Assembly (NCBI GenBank): GCA_013265495.1
Contig: MU058257.1
Location: forward strand, 1,319,262-1,383,261
Direction of reading: 5' to 3'
Origin: Vicugna vicugna
Lineage: Eukaryota
DNA: 64,000 nt
The position numbers were made by a program, and so were the translations under genes. The notes below the pieces were generated by a model. It saw nothing but the letters and a program-made list of their open reading frames with translations. It was not told the DNA's origin and did no database searches. This document shows positions 36,340 to 48,500 of this stretch, piece after piece; position 1 is the stretch's first letter, and each line of letters begins with the position of its first letter.

Positions 36340-37135
36340 CCCTCTTTCACTGCTGGTGGGAATGTAGTTTGGTGCAGTCAGTATGGAAAACAGTATGGAG
36401 ATTCCTTAAAAAACCAAAAACAGACTTCCCGTATGATCCAGCAGTCCCACTCCTGGGCATATATCCAAAGGGAACTCAAATTTGAAAGGATACACGCACC
36501 CTGATGTTCACAGCAGCACTGTTAACAACAGCCAAGACGTGGAAACAACCTAAATGTCCATCCACCCCTGACTGGATAAAGAAGATGTGGTATATTTATA
36601 CAATGGAATACTACTCAGCCATAAAAGCAAATGAAATAATGCCATCTGCAGCAACATGGATGGACTCAGAGAATGTCATACTAAGTGAAGTAAGCCAGAA
36701 AGAAAAAGAAAAATACCATATGATATCACTTATATGTGGAATCTAAAAAAAAACCAAAAACCACACAAAATACAAACAAACTTATTCACAAAACAGAAAC
36801 AGACTCACAGACATAGAAGACAGACTTATGGTTACCCGGGGTTGGGGGGAATGGGTGGTAGAGGGTTAAACTGGGAGTCTGTGATTAGCAGACATGCATT
36901 ACTGTATATAAAACAGATAAACAACAAGGCCCTACTGTACAGCAAAGGAAACTATATTCAATATCTTACAATAAATAGCCTATAATGAAAAATAATGTGA
37001 AAAAGAGTACATATGACTGTGTGTGCATATATATATACACACATATATGTATATATATATCTAACTGAATCACATACTGTACACCAGAAACTAACACCAC
37101 GTTGTAAATCGACTATACTTCAATTAAAAAAAAAA
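36340..37135 (+). mobile_element. 5'-truncated LINE-1
   Basis: ORF 36504-36746 ([10 protein letters not shown]...MWYIYTMEYYSAIK) is the L1 ORF2 end. TSD AAGA(A/G)CTGGTTTA at 36327-36339 and 37138-37150. Confidence 0.92.
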
Positions 37136-37159
37136 TTAAGAGCTGGTTTAAAATACTAT

Positions 37160-37430
37160 ATTTTTAAATTGAAGTACAGTCAGTTACAACGTGTCAATTT
37201 CTGGTGTGCAGCACAATGTCCCAGTCATGCATATACAGACATATATTTGTTTTCATATTCTTTTTCATTAAAGATTATTACAAGATACTGAATGTAGGTC
37301 CCTGTGCTGTAGAGAAGAAATTTGTTTTTTAATCTATTTTTATATATAGTGGTTAACATTTGCAAATCTCAAACTCCCAAATTTATCCCTTCCTGCCCTC
37401 TTCCCCTCTGGTAGCCATAAGATAGTTTAC
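37160..37430 (-). mobile_element. Antisense LINE-1 3'UTR, tail-to-tail with the previous L1
   Basis: Reverse complement of the L1 3' end seen at 6370-6640. Confidence 0.88.
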
Positions 37431-37473
37431 AAGTGCGATGTAAGTCACGGTTTCGTCCATTCAGCAGCTCGGA

Positions 37474-37507
37474 TGCTTACCTGACGCAGGTGCTTACCTG
37501 GTGCAGG
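37474..37507. repeat. 17-bp tandem duplication
   Basis: TGCTTACCTGACGCAGG / TGCTTACCTGGTGCAGG. Confidence 0.85.
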
Positions 37508-38468
37508 TAGTAAGGCCCAGAGCTCCCCAGAGTCAGCACCCTGGGGAAGACAGCACGGGGACAGCTAATTACACATCAGAGTGACAGACGTTGGGACGTG
37601 GCAGACCAAAATGGGTGGGGAGCACAGATGGTGGACACTGACCCTGGACAGAGGTCACAGGGACGGCTCACAGACGGACCCAGGGGAATCCTGGGGGGCA
37701 GAGTCAGGCAGCTGACGACACAGGAGAAAAGGTCTCTTTGCAGATAAAGGGTAGAGCATGTCTGAAGGCATCACGCCCCGCCACCAAAGACAATCATGCA
37801 GAAGCCTGCAGAGGGGACATCGGGCAGCCCGCACCCCACAACCTCAGTAGCTTCTATCTGCCTTCAGAGCCAAGGAGCTATTTCAAATATTTAAGTGAGA
37901 CCTCCAGCCTGGATCAGAGCGTCTGTCATATGAATATGTGTCTGCTGGCTCCCTAGAACAATGGGATAGATATGGAACTAAAACGCACTCAGGTTTATCA
38001 CTGGCTACTAAGAACTGTAACCCAGCCCAGCCCTCTTATGAAAACAAACTCCCTAAATGCAGGGGGAGGTGTCTAAACAGAAAACACGATTCACTGCTCC
38101 TCGCTCCCCCCGCCATGAACACGCACTCTCTCTTCCTGACGTACACTCTCACATGTGGACACACGTGTTTGTACATACTATCCATCCATCAGGAGAAAAA
38201 AGGGGTCACAATGACTACAGGAATTGGCAAGCCAGAACTCAAGCTTTACCAAGAGGTAAAAAGAAGCTTAAGAAGTTTTTAGAATTTTCTGGTTATACAT
38301 CAGTTCAGACCACAACACTCTGCGAAGAGACGACCAAGGATGCTTTTTTGGGTCATCACCCAGTGAGGCTGCCCCAGCAGCAAGCTGTCCACTTTGTCAG
38401 CACGGCTAAGGGGTCGCTAACAGGAAATACAGACCAGGTCTCTGCCGGGGGTCAAAACACAGAAATCT

Positions 38469-38563
38469 GGGGTGGGGAGGGCAGGGCTCAGGGGGAGAGC
38501 CCTGCTCAGCATGCACGAGGCCCTGGGTTCAATCCCCAGTCCCTCCACTAAAAAGAAAACACG
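38469..38563 (+). mobile_element. tRNA-Ala-derived SINE (Vic-1-like)
   Basis: tRNA-like body and A tail. 12-bp TSD ACACAGAAATCT at 38457-38468 and 38564-38575. Confidence 0.88.
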
Positions 38564-39339
38564 ACACAGAAATCTCACAAAGTGATACGGATTCAATCTC
38601 TAGAAAGGGAGAGAGATGTTCATGGATGGTCAGTGACAGTGTGGATTTTGGCTGCACTGCCTGACCTGCTCACATCCCCTTTCTTTTCAGCAAGAGTTTG
38701 TACAGTCAATTCCCCCAGCCACCCTGACCACCACACCTCCCCTCACTAACCGCCAGAGATGCGTAAAACAGAAGCCGTCCACACACAGAGCTGCACAGAC
38801 CAGCCTCCCGGAGCCCGGACCCAAAGCCCAACTCCTCTGGGGTCTTTCCAATGACTTTTCCCCATCTCTCTGCCCTTATGAAGGATTTACCAAAAGCTGG
38901 AGATTTTTTTGGACAGGCAATTGCTGTTGTAACACAACCTTCTCAAGGGTTAAGTGTAAATGAATCAGGAACATGTGGCTTACATTTCCCCCCCAAATTG
39001 AATTCAGATGGACTCAGATATAAAAGGGGAAACCGTGTTTTCCAAAGGATGGTTTGAGTTTTTGAAAAACTCCAAGAGCTGGGAAAATAGTTTAGGTATT
39101 CACTTAACTTTTAACTACGGCCAGAAATCAGTCATCCATAAGACTACAAGCCTTTGCTCTAGTCCACGCTGCATCATGCGCAGGGAAAATTACCTATGCA
39201 GTGATTATATGTACACACAGAAGCACCCGCCTTCGCAGTTCTGTAAGGAGCTCGCACGGAACCGGGTGAGAACGGAACGTGACAGGCTTAGTGTGAAAAA
39301 CTCAAAAAAGAGCGTCCTACCGCTGTGTATGCACGGGTG

Positions 39340-39472
39340 TTACCTGGCAGTCTTGTGAAAATTCAGACTCTGATCCAGCAGGTCTCAGGTGGGGCCTGGG
39401 AGTCTGCATTTATAACCAGCTCCCGGGTGGCACTGATGCCACTGGTCCACAGACCCAACCCGAGCAGCAAGG
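39340..39472. mobile_element. MER5A-like hAT MITE
   Basis: ctctgatccagcaggtctcaggtggggcctgggagtctgcatttataaccagctccc...ctggtccacagacc. Confidence 0.7.
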
Positions 39473-42400
39473 ACGTAATCCCCCAGGCCGCGCCTGCCAC
39501 ACGAGTCGTTTAATCTCGTGTGTACAGGTCTCTGGGCTTCCTGAGAGCCCGGTCTGTTTGGTGATTGATTAATTGATAAATAAATAAATAAATTCCAAGC
39601 AAGATCACCTAAATGGGAATTAAAATTCCCTGCTGAAAAGGTACAGATAATTGCTCTGAAATTTACATGACAATAGGCACTGATTAGAAGTAACGAGTAA
39701 TGTATTCATTACTGCCCACGAACAATGAGAAAACAAATAGGAAACGGTAAATATTCATCATCACCAGCTCTGCGGCTGCTTCACGTCCTGATCCGATGGG
39801 GAATTCATTCAGAAAACCCGCCAAATCACTTCGGACATCAGAGAGATGTGAATTTAAGCACCTTCTGTCTGCCGCGTGACTCTGGTGAGTCAGCCACGTC
39901 TGGCCTCTGCGCACGCCCGTTCTGCACACCTGGAGGTCTCGTTTTCACACTAGATGTCACGTTCTGGCAGGGTGTGGGCTGTCTTCTTCCTTTTGGAACT
40001 CCCCACAGCCCTCGGCGTGCTTTCTTAGCTGACCAAGAAACACACTGCACACTCGTGACCACGCAAGGTCCCGGCAAAGCTCAGCTGATAATTTTAAAGG
40101 CTGTACCAACAGCCATGCCCATCCGACCCATCCGCGAGGTCAGAAGTCATGCTGTTCAGGACATAAGGAGCTGGTTCTCTTTGTCACCTGGAGGGCGGGA
40201 CTGAGGGCAGGGGCTGGGGTCGGAGCTGGGAAGGGAACACGCATGTTCTGAGAAAACATTCACGACCTACCCACAAGCCTGGATGGAAAATGTGCAACTT
40301 CTTCCCTCCCCTAGGTGCTGGATGGGCCTATCTTTCATGCATGCAGCTTTGCAGGGAACTTGTTAAGATAACGAATGCTACCTTCATCCCTGGAGGTGAA
40401 CTAAAGTTGAGCACAGCTGGCTTTTGCGTGCACCCCACGCCCCACCACGATGGCGATTTTAGGAAAAGCACTTAGCAACAACCCTTCCAACTTCCAGACC
40501 ATCATATCTCACTGCATCTCCAAGGGCAAGGTCATCCCAGATGCTGGAAAATCCACTCACCCACCCTGACACTGAAGGAGCCACCTGGTCACCGCCTTTC
40601 ATTTTCCACATGAGAGCACCTGGGCTCCAACCCAGAAGGTCCTCTTCTCAGTGCAAGTCATGAAGGGAACCCATCAGCCAGAGAGCAGCCAGTCTGCCGG
40701 TCCCCTCGGGAAAGGCCAGGAGGCCTCTCCTCCCACCAGGACGTTGCGCGGCTGGCCGCGGAAGCCACGGCACATGTGCTGGCCGGATGGCTGGCCAAGC
40801 GGGTGTCACGGAGCATAACCATGCTCTCCTTCTAGGAGAAGGTGCCCTAGCCCACCTATGGCCGCAGAGAGTAAACTCAAGAGCTATCTGTTGGAGTCGC
40901 ACTGCTCAGAATGGATGTTTTGAAGACACGACCGTCATAAATTCAAGTATTCACTGAACAGCAGCTCCGTGCACACAGCACTGTGCTAGGCTGAGCATGG
41001 GAACTGGGCTGATTTTTTTTCTTTTTTAACCACAGACATTTGCAAACAAGATGGGAAGACAAGACACACAGGTGTAAGCGGTTAAGCAGCCTTACAGAGC
41101 CAAGGACGCTGATGCAAGAGATGCTATGAAATGGTATTAACTACAAGAAATAGGGTCTCAAAGGTCAGGAAAAATGTGGAAAACGAGGGGAGGGGAAGAG
41201 CGTTCCAGGCTGAGGGTGTGTAGTCACGAAGCCCTGACGCTCAGGGTACAGGGGGCCCAGCTGCCTGGCGGGTGCAGAAGGGACACGTGGGCAGGAATTT
41301 AGGCCGTGGGGAAAGTAAGAAAGCATCAAATCAGAGAGTCTGGATGTTGGCCAGAGTGGATGTTCTCCCAGCAAACATTTCTCAGCATCCTAGGACTTCA
41401 CAGAGGTGACTCGGTGTTTGTACTGACTGATGTTAAGAAGAAACAAATGTAACACCTTTGACCTTAACACTAAAGTTTTACTAATAAAATATGATTCTTT
41501 TGATTCACTTTATACACTAAGTTTCTATATATAGTTTCATTGAGGAAAAAATGATAAAGGATGGCTACTTACTGGGGGAGGTGTCACAGGAAGGAACAGC
41601 ATGAGTTGATTTCAAGTGTTTTCTTTTGTTTATCCTACAAATTCCCTTCAAAATTAGTTTAAAATGCGCTGTATTCTTAAGAGACACAAATGCTTCACTT
41701 GACCCCTGGAGCTCCGGGTACCTATGACGCTGATGTTATTCCAGCATCATCATTATTAATGATATCAACCTGGCGGCGCTGCACAAGGTGATGAGAACTA
41801 ATTAAGTCGGAATGTGTCCCATTAACTGCACGTGGTCAAAACGAACTGCCTGCTTCCCCAGGTCCTTCTATACACAAAATCCAAATCAACTTCGCGGTGA
41901 GCTGGGCGCCTGCAGGGCTGAGGGACGATGGGGCTTTGTCCTTGATGACTCTAAAGAAAGATGCGAATCTCAGGCTCGCTGCTTATTCAAAAAACCGCCT
42001 GGCTGACGCGGGGGAGAGCCCCGTTTACACTTTCTGCTGGTGTGTGCGCACGCGTGCTCATGTCTGCACCAGAAGAAACCACGCCAGCCGTCAAGGAATT
42101 TAAAAATAAACTTGAATATGCTTCCATATGCCAGGGCAGGGGCCCCAGGGACGTGATCATAAACTCACTCGTTTCAACCGTCTAGATGAATTTCTGATTC
42201 AAAAAGCTTTCTAAGCAATTTCATCGTCACCGTCACATAGACTGAAATATATTTCCACTCGGGGAAAAATACTCCTCAGGCAAGCAATGGGATCTCTCGT
42301 GCAGACATTCAAGTATCAGACAATTTATAATAAACAAACGTGCTGAATTTTAAGAAGCCTAATAAGCTATCAGTTCCCCTTGTGTTAGAAGGTGATGCAG

Positions 42401-43890
42401 AGTGAATAATATTGGGCATGTGACAGAGGGAATTTAAAACAAGCAACTTTATGGGATGAGTGAGAATTTTAAAGTAAAACTATATTAACAATGTCAGCGT
42501 TAAAACCCCACGTGTCAGTTCACTTAAATCCCCTTACATTGCTGAAGAGAAAACAGGTGTTTAAGTTCTCGTGCTGGAGCCCACAGATGCACACTGCTCT
42601 CTTCCTCTCATTGTTTATTAAGTTAATTTTCAAACAGTGACTTCAATCCCTGAGCATCCTCCATCTGCTGATTAAACACAAACCACAAAGAGATAAAGAG
42701 AAGGTAATTCAAATAGTCAACAAACACGCTTCTCTGAAAGTATTTCCTATTTGGGGACTAACAGCCATCTATTTGACATGATTTTAAATTAAGAGGTTAT
42801 GATAAAACAGGAGGCGGTGGCCACGCTCCTAAAACAACTCGGACTCCTGGGGCTTGTCCGCCTGCGGACTGCTGGGGCTGCCACCGCCCGTCCTTGCTTT
42901 ATTAGATGCAAGAACATAAAAAGAGAGTTGAATCCATTTAATTTTAATTCCAATTAAAAAAAAAGTGGCCAGCAATTGAATGACAGTCACAGACTTTAAA
43001 GTCATGGGGATGCAAGTGTAAGGACTGTAAGTATCACGAATAGGAAGTGTTATTAAGAAAAATTTTCATGAGCTGGAATTAAATGGGAGAAGGGCCACCG
43101 AGCACTGGAGATTCAATCTGTAAAAGTGCTCGTTAGAAGAAAATCCACTTGTATATGGAGAGACAAAGACCGCCTCAATTAGCTGATGGTGGAAGTAGAT
43201 AATTTGTCTATTGTTTCCACCTTGAGGACAGGTTTTCTTACGTATTTCCAACCAAAATAATGGGCCCAGCGGCATTGTGTTCTGTCTCTGGGGCTGCTCC
43301 TGCCACCTGTGCCCGTCCCCACATGCCCCCCCCATCTCAGGCCGGCCCATCACTCTCCACCAGCAGCCGCCTTGGAAGAGGCCTGGACTTCGGGGGGAAG
43401 GGATGTTGGAGTTGCAAAGGCTGGCGCAATCAGACCCAGAAATGACTACAGTTAAGGGAAAAAAAGCTAGCAAGGGATCTGCCCTGCTGTAGGGATGACA
43501 GTCAGCCGATCATAAAAACCCAAATGACAAGGCGACTGAATTCCTAGGGCTTTCCTTGGTTACATGATTGTCTGCGGGCAGTGATTTGCAATGATGCACA
43601 AACAAGGTTTTTCTTTCAAAATCCTTCCTAGGAGGAGTGGGATTGGAGGCCTCAGTGCCACGATTTGCTTTTATTATAAATGTCTTGATCTTAAAATCTA
43701 AGGCTAGCATCGATACAAATATGTGTGTGTATACTTACACAGATACATATGTGTGTATATACACACACATACGTTATGCATATTTGTATGCATAAACATA
43801 CATATACATATATACATTACATCTATATATGCAGACTGAAGGCAAGAAAGTAGCCAAAGAACATGCAGTATTGAAAAAACACACCAAACT

Positions 43891-44000
43891 GGGGGGCGGG
43901 TACGGCTCAGAGGTAGAGCACATGCTTAGCATGCAGGAGGTCCCGGGTTCCATCCCCAGCACCTCCATTAAAATTTCTTTTAAAAAATGAATGAATGAAT
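43891..44000 (+). mobile_element. tRNA-Ala-derived SINE (Vic-1-like)
   Basis: ggctcagaggtagagcacatgcttagcatgcaggaggtcccgggttc...acctcca followed by an A/(AATG)n tail. Confidence 0.88.
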
Positions 44001-44241
44001 GACATGAGAGGCACACTAGACGCTGCACACTGTGCTCTGGCACAGCGGGCGTGGAAGGCGGGGGCAGGCAGGAACCAGGCGACAGGCACGCTCTGACCCA
44101 CGCCTTCCCCACCGCCCCCGTGCCCCTCCCCGCACACTTCCAAAGCTGCTTTTCTTTCTGTGGACGCGTACTCGGTCCAAACCTCTTTGAGAGCTCTGAT
44201 TTTCATTCAAGATCTGATGGAATAAGAAAAAAGATGAGACT

Positions 44242-45550
44242 AAGACCCCCCACATCAATACGGCAAGTATTCATCAAGCAGACTTCAAAATGTTTGAGAA
44301 AGAAAACCTGTATCTTAGACAAAATAAATTAGAAAGAAAAAGCCATCCATCCTTTGTCATCCTTTATTCTCTCCGATTTGGCCTGCTCACTGGGTTGCCG
44401 GCTTTCAAGCTTGACCCTTTCTTGATCTCCACTTATTGTCCCCAAACCTCAACCCACTGGGCAATTAGAACACAGGAGCTGCTCTCCAGCCGCTGCGTCT
44501 GACTCGAATGCGTGATCAAGGAGTTCCCTTGAAAGGGCAGGAAGCCCGCGCCAGGCTGGGGAACATCACAGCCGCTTTAGAGCTCTGGCGACGTCCGCCC
44601 TCACAGTTAACTCAGCGACACCAGAAAGAGGGAGGCCCTGGCCCTCGCCCCTCAATCTGCTGCGGCCGCTCTTCCCTGATGAGGACTTCCAGCCCTGGGC
44701 CGCTCTCATTTCTTCAAGTGCTTCCCACCCTAGAAAATGGTTTGCACAAATTACTTCACTGGTCCTGAGCTGAACCACCCTAATGAAACGTAACGCGGAG
44801 CATGTGTGTCAGTGTCTGCAGAAGCATTTCCTGTCTTTGCTATTAAAGAAAATAGAAATGAAATTTTTATGTTTGACCAAAGTGACCTAATTCGAACAAC
44901 ACAGCTTTTAGCTACAGGTCTCTGTAAACTGTGCATCCAGAGAGACAAAGGGATAAAGGACGCGTTGTGGGTACGCCAAGACTTCACCAAAATACCAGGG
45001 CGCCCATCAGCTTCCCTTCACACAATCACCTACAGTCAAGCTGGCTCCTTTTATTCATGAATCCAAGTTCAGCAGAGGGAGACCCTAAGACTTCAGTAGC
45101 AAAAGGGGAGGTTACATAAGTCAAGGTGCCACGGGGGTGGGGGGTGGGAGTGGGCAAGCCAGCTCCGCCCACAGCCCACTTTCCACCAGACCAGAGGGAT
45201 GTGGGCGCCAACATTATGTTTTTTTAAGACAACATAATGCATTTTAATGTCTTTGTGAAGAAAAAGAAACCCATGAGAGAGAATGGCTTCACACACGCTG
45301 ACCTTTATCGTGAGAATTTCTCCTAAGGAAAAACAGGGGCAAGGAAGCAAAGCTCTCAGATCCTCCTTTCCTAGGTTGCTTCTATTGAACTACCTGCAAT
45401 CACAGCGAAGGGCAGACGGCCCGCCCCCGTCCAAGCTCTCCCCGCGACGCTGGACCTCGAGGCGTGGGGGTTGGGGTTTACAGAGTTTGGCATCAGCCAA
45501 CATTTTGAAATTGGCTTGATGAATACTTGTCGTATTGACGTGGGGGTCTT
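44242..45550. repeat. 53-bp inverted repeat pair (44242-44294 vs 45499-45550)
   Basis: Hand alignment gives 47/53 identity. The second copy is flanked by the 16-bp direct repeat TTGGCATCAGCCAACA at 45487-45502 and 45549-45564. Confidence 0.9.
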
Positions 45551-48500
45551 GGCATCAGCCAACACCAAAAAAGAATGCTCGGTGATGGAGTGACGGGGAA
45601 AAGCAACCTGGTGGTCCCGGAGATGCTCACCTGCCCTCTTCCTAGTCTGCAGGGTGGTCCGCGAGTACCATGCTCCCACAGTTTTAACCAGAGTGCCCCA
45701 GGGACCGAGGGACAGGAACGCAAGGAAAGCAAAAAGATGCCACTGTCTCCTCTGCCACAGAAATAACAGAGAAGCAGCACAGAGGTGACTCACTCACAGC
45801 GAGCGTGCGCGCACTGAGTGCAGACAGTGGGCTCTTTAATTTATTGCAGGTCACTGAGGCCCTGAGTGGCGGCGTCTACAAGGAGCATGGGGACCTGAGG
45901 ATGGGCCTCTGGTGGAATATTTCGGGGTGACTGCTGCTGCTGTGACGGATACACGGCCACATGGCCCCCCTCCCACTGGAGATGGCCTCAGAGTGTGGCC
46001 GGCGCGGGCCCGGGAAATGGTTTCCATCACGGCGGTAACACGAGAAACCTGGGGGCCTTCGCGCACGGATAGCAAAGCTTCACATAAATCAACTCAAAAT
46101 GCAAACACACCACTTAGATATTAATCACGGTAACTCTAGAAAAATAGTCCAGAAAAACTCCGTAACGATCCAAGGTAAATAAATGTCCCCAGACTCAGAA
46201 AGAACCTCAGAGCCCATTTGTTCGTAACGTAACTCGACTTGCCTCCCATGACTCACGCTGAACGCCATATGCTTGGTGACATCTGTCCTAAAGGAAATTA
46301 TCTCCTCGTGCTATTTGATTCTGACCCAGCAAGTCTACACAAAACGCACAGTCTTCCTCTCTCGTAAGCCTGAGTAAGTCCAGGGTCAGAATCAATGAAA
46401 ACCGTCACAATGGCTGTCAGACAGAACCAAGCGATACTCTGAATAGAGCCCAGCTTTCAACTGCTTCCTCTGGGATCGTGTCAAGGAGGAGGGTGGGCGT
46501 GCGGGCAGGGGGCCAGGGACGCTCAGGCCGGCCCTTGGCTAATACCCCTTCCGAGTCCCGAGAGCCACACACCGAGGCAGGCAGAGAAATGAGAGAGGCC
46601 AGCTCTCAGCACCTACAGGGGGCGCCGCCTCCGGAGCGCACAGCTTTGTCGGGGCGGCGTGGTCAGACGGGCTCTCCGAGGGGGAGGACATACACCTCTG
46701 TCACATGGTGAGCTGCAGAAACAGAACCCCAGACGGTGGGCGCAGCGGGTACAAAGCCCTGGGGCAGCAACAAAGGTGCTCGTGGAGAAAAGCCTCATTA
46801 GCGAGGGGACGAATGCTCGGCCCAGGGCTCCGCGCTCACTCTGCACACCCAAGGACGGCAGTTTCCTTCCCGCCTTTTGAGCTCTTCACAATCTAAGTCA
46901 ACAGCATCACCCGGTCTCCCACATAGTTTTGACCCCCAGGGAGGCAGCTCACACAGGAACTTAGGCGTTGTGTGACCTGGGACCACCTGCTGCCCTTCCC
47001 TGCGCCCCGATGGAGGAGGAGGATGATCACTGCCATCCTGATGGGATGAGGACGCGGACACACGCCCGGCACGCAGCACGTGCTGCAGAACTAGCAGGGA
47101 CACAGCATCAGTACCCCTGGCTTGACCCGTCCCTTTGTTCTCTAGTGGGTTTTGTTTGAACAGGTCATTAACTTCTTGAGACACTTCAAGCGAGAGCGCC
47201 AAGACCAATGACAAGAGCAGACCAATTACCAGCTCGGGTCAGTCAGCTCTGAAGCCTTCACTCAGTGGGAAGCTGCGATCCAATTAACCCACGTTTGGTG
47301 TGGATACTGCCGGTCAAAAATGCAAATCCGAATAATGCCCATTTTGCAAGCGAAAAACACATTCCCGTGCTAAAATTCAGAGCGAGGCGAAGATGAAGCT
47401 TCAGTCCCCAAATCTCCCCACCAAGAAAAGAGCCGCCAAGCCATAAAGGATGCCTTCAGGAGGTGAACACAGCCAAGAGACCCGCCGGCATCATTCGTGC
47501 TTGGTTCTCAGTGTGCGTCTGGTAGGTAAATATGAACGTTTCCACGGTTTACAATTTCACTTTATTTCCTCAGAAATCAGTTAACACCCGAAGTCTAGTG
47601 CTCTTAACTGCCCCCAGTAGCAAGCCATCTTTCTGCAACCTGCTGACAGCTGGTCACGTGGGACTGCTCCGCAGCTTCGTAACTCAGGACGTTGCTGCAG
47701 GAAACCCCGTGTTTGACCCTCTGCACTGACGGCAACTGACATGGCATCTGAAAGCCCCTCAGTAAAGATACAGCTCGCAATGGTCAAACCCCGACTCTGC
47801 CACAGGCAGGGCAACGAGAGAAGAGCCGCGCGGTCGGAGACGAGAATCGTCCTCAGCAATTGCCCCAGCTTATCACATCAGGGGCAAGTCCGTGCGTCAG
47901 AGAAGAATTCGGTGAATTTACTGAGGCCAACACTGCTCTCCTTCTGAGGACACACGGCTGGTGAGAAGCCAGATGTTTTCGATCTGGAAAGCGCAACACC
48001 GCTGCACAGCAAAACCAGCTGGCAAGAGCCTGAAAGGGGTGTGGGTCTTGCTGGGAGGAGGCCCAGCGCCGGGCTGGGCGAGTCTGATCCTGTGCACACA
48101 CCGGACAGAGCTCGCCTCTCCCTCAGCCCACGCCATGGCCCGGTCCTGACGGCCGGCTCGGCAAAGACTTTGGGAGCAACTGCATAATCTCATCTTTTTT
48201 TCCTGGAGTTCAAAAACACTTAAAAAATTTATATATGTACATTTTTCCCCAAGTAGATCTCTCTATATACACTAGCTAACTTGAAGGGAAAACGGTTTGA
48301 CACCCCCTTCCCATGATGTAGCCATTTCATCTGACTTGCACCATGGTACTGACAAACCCCCACGTGAACACAAGACAGATCTCAACGTTCCTACACCGCC
48401 TATCCTCATAACCTGGGAAGAGTCAGCCTGGAGCTGGCTCGTGCAATCAGCGATAAAGGCTTGTTGTGCGATTACTTCCAATTAAAAAAAATCGGACACA

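Noticed and set aside
11624..36985. ORFs at 11624, 23463, 23489, 36504 and 36734 as genes
   Set aside because: They are L1 ORF2 C-terminal or 3'UTR remnants, or antisense frames of these.
8329..44000. Four tRNA-Ala(AGC)-like sequences (8329, 20195, 38469, 43891) as tRNA genes
   Set aside because: They have broken stems, A-rich tails and, in most cases, target-site duplications, so they are SINE copies.
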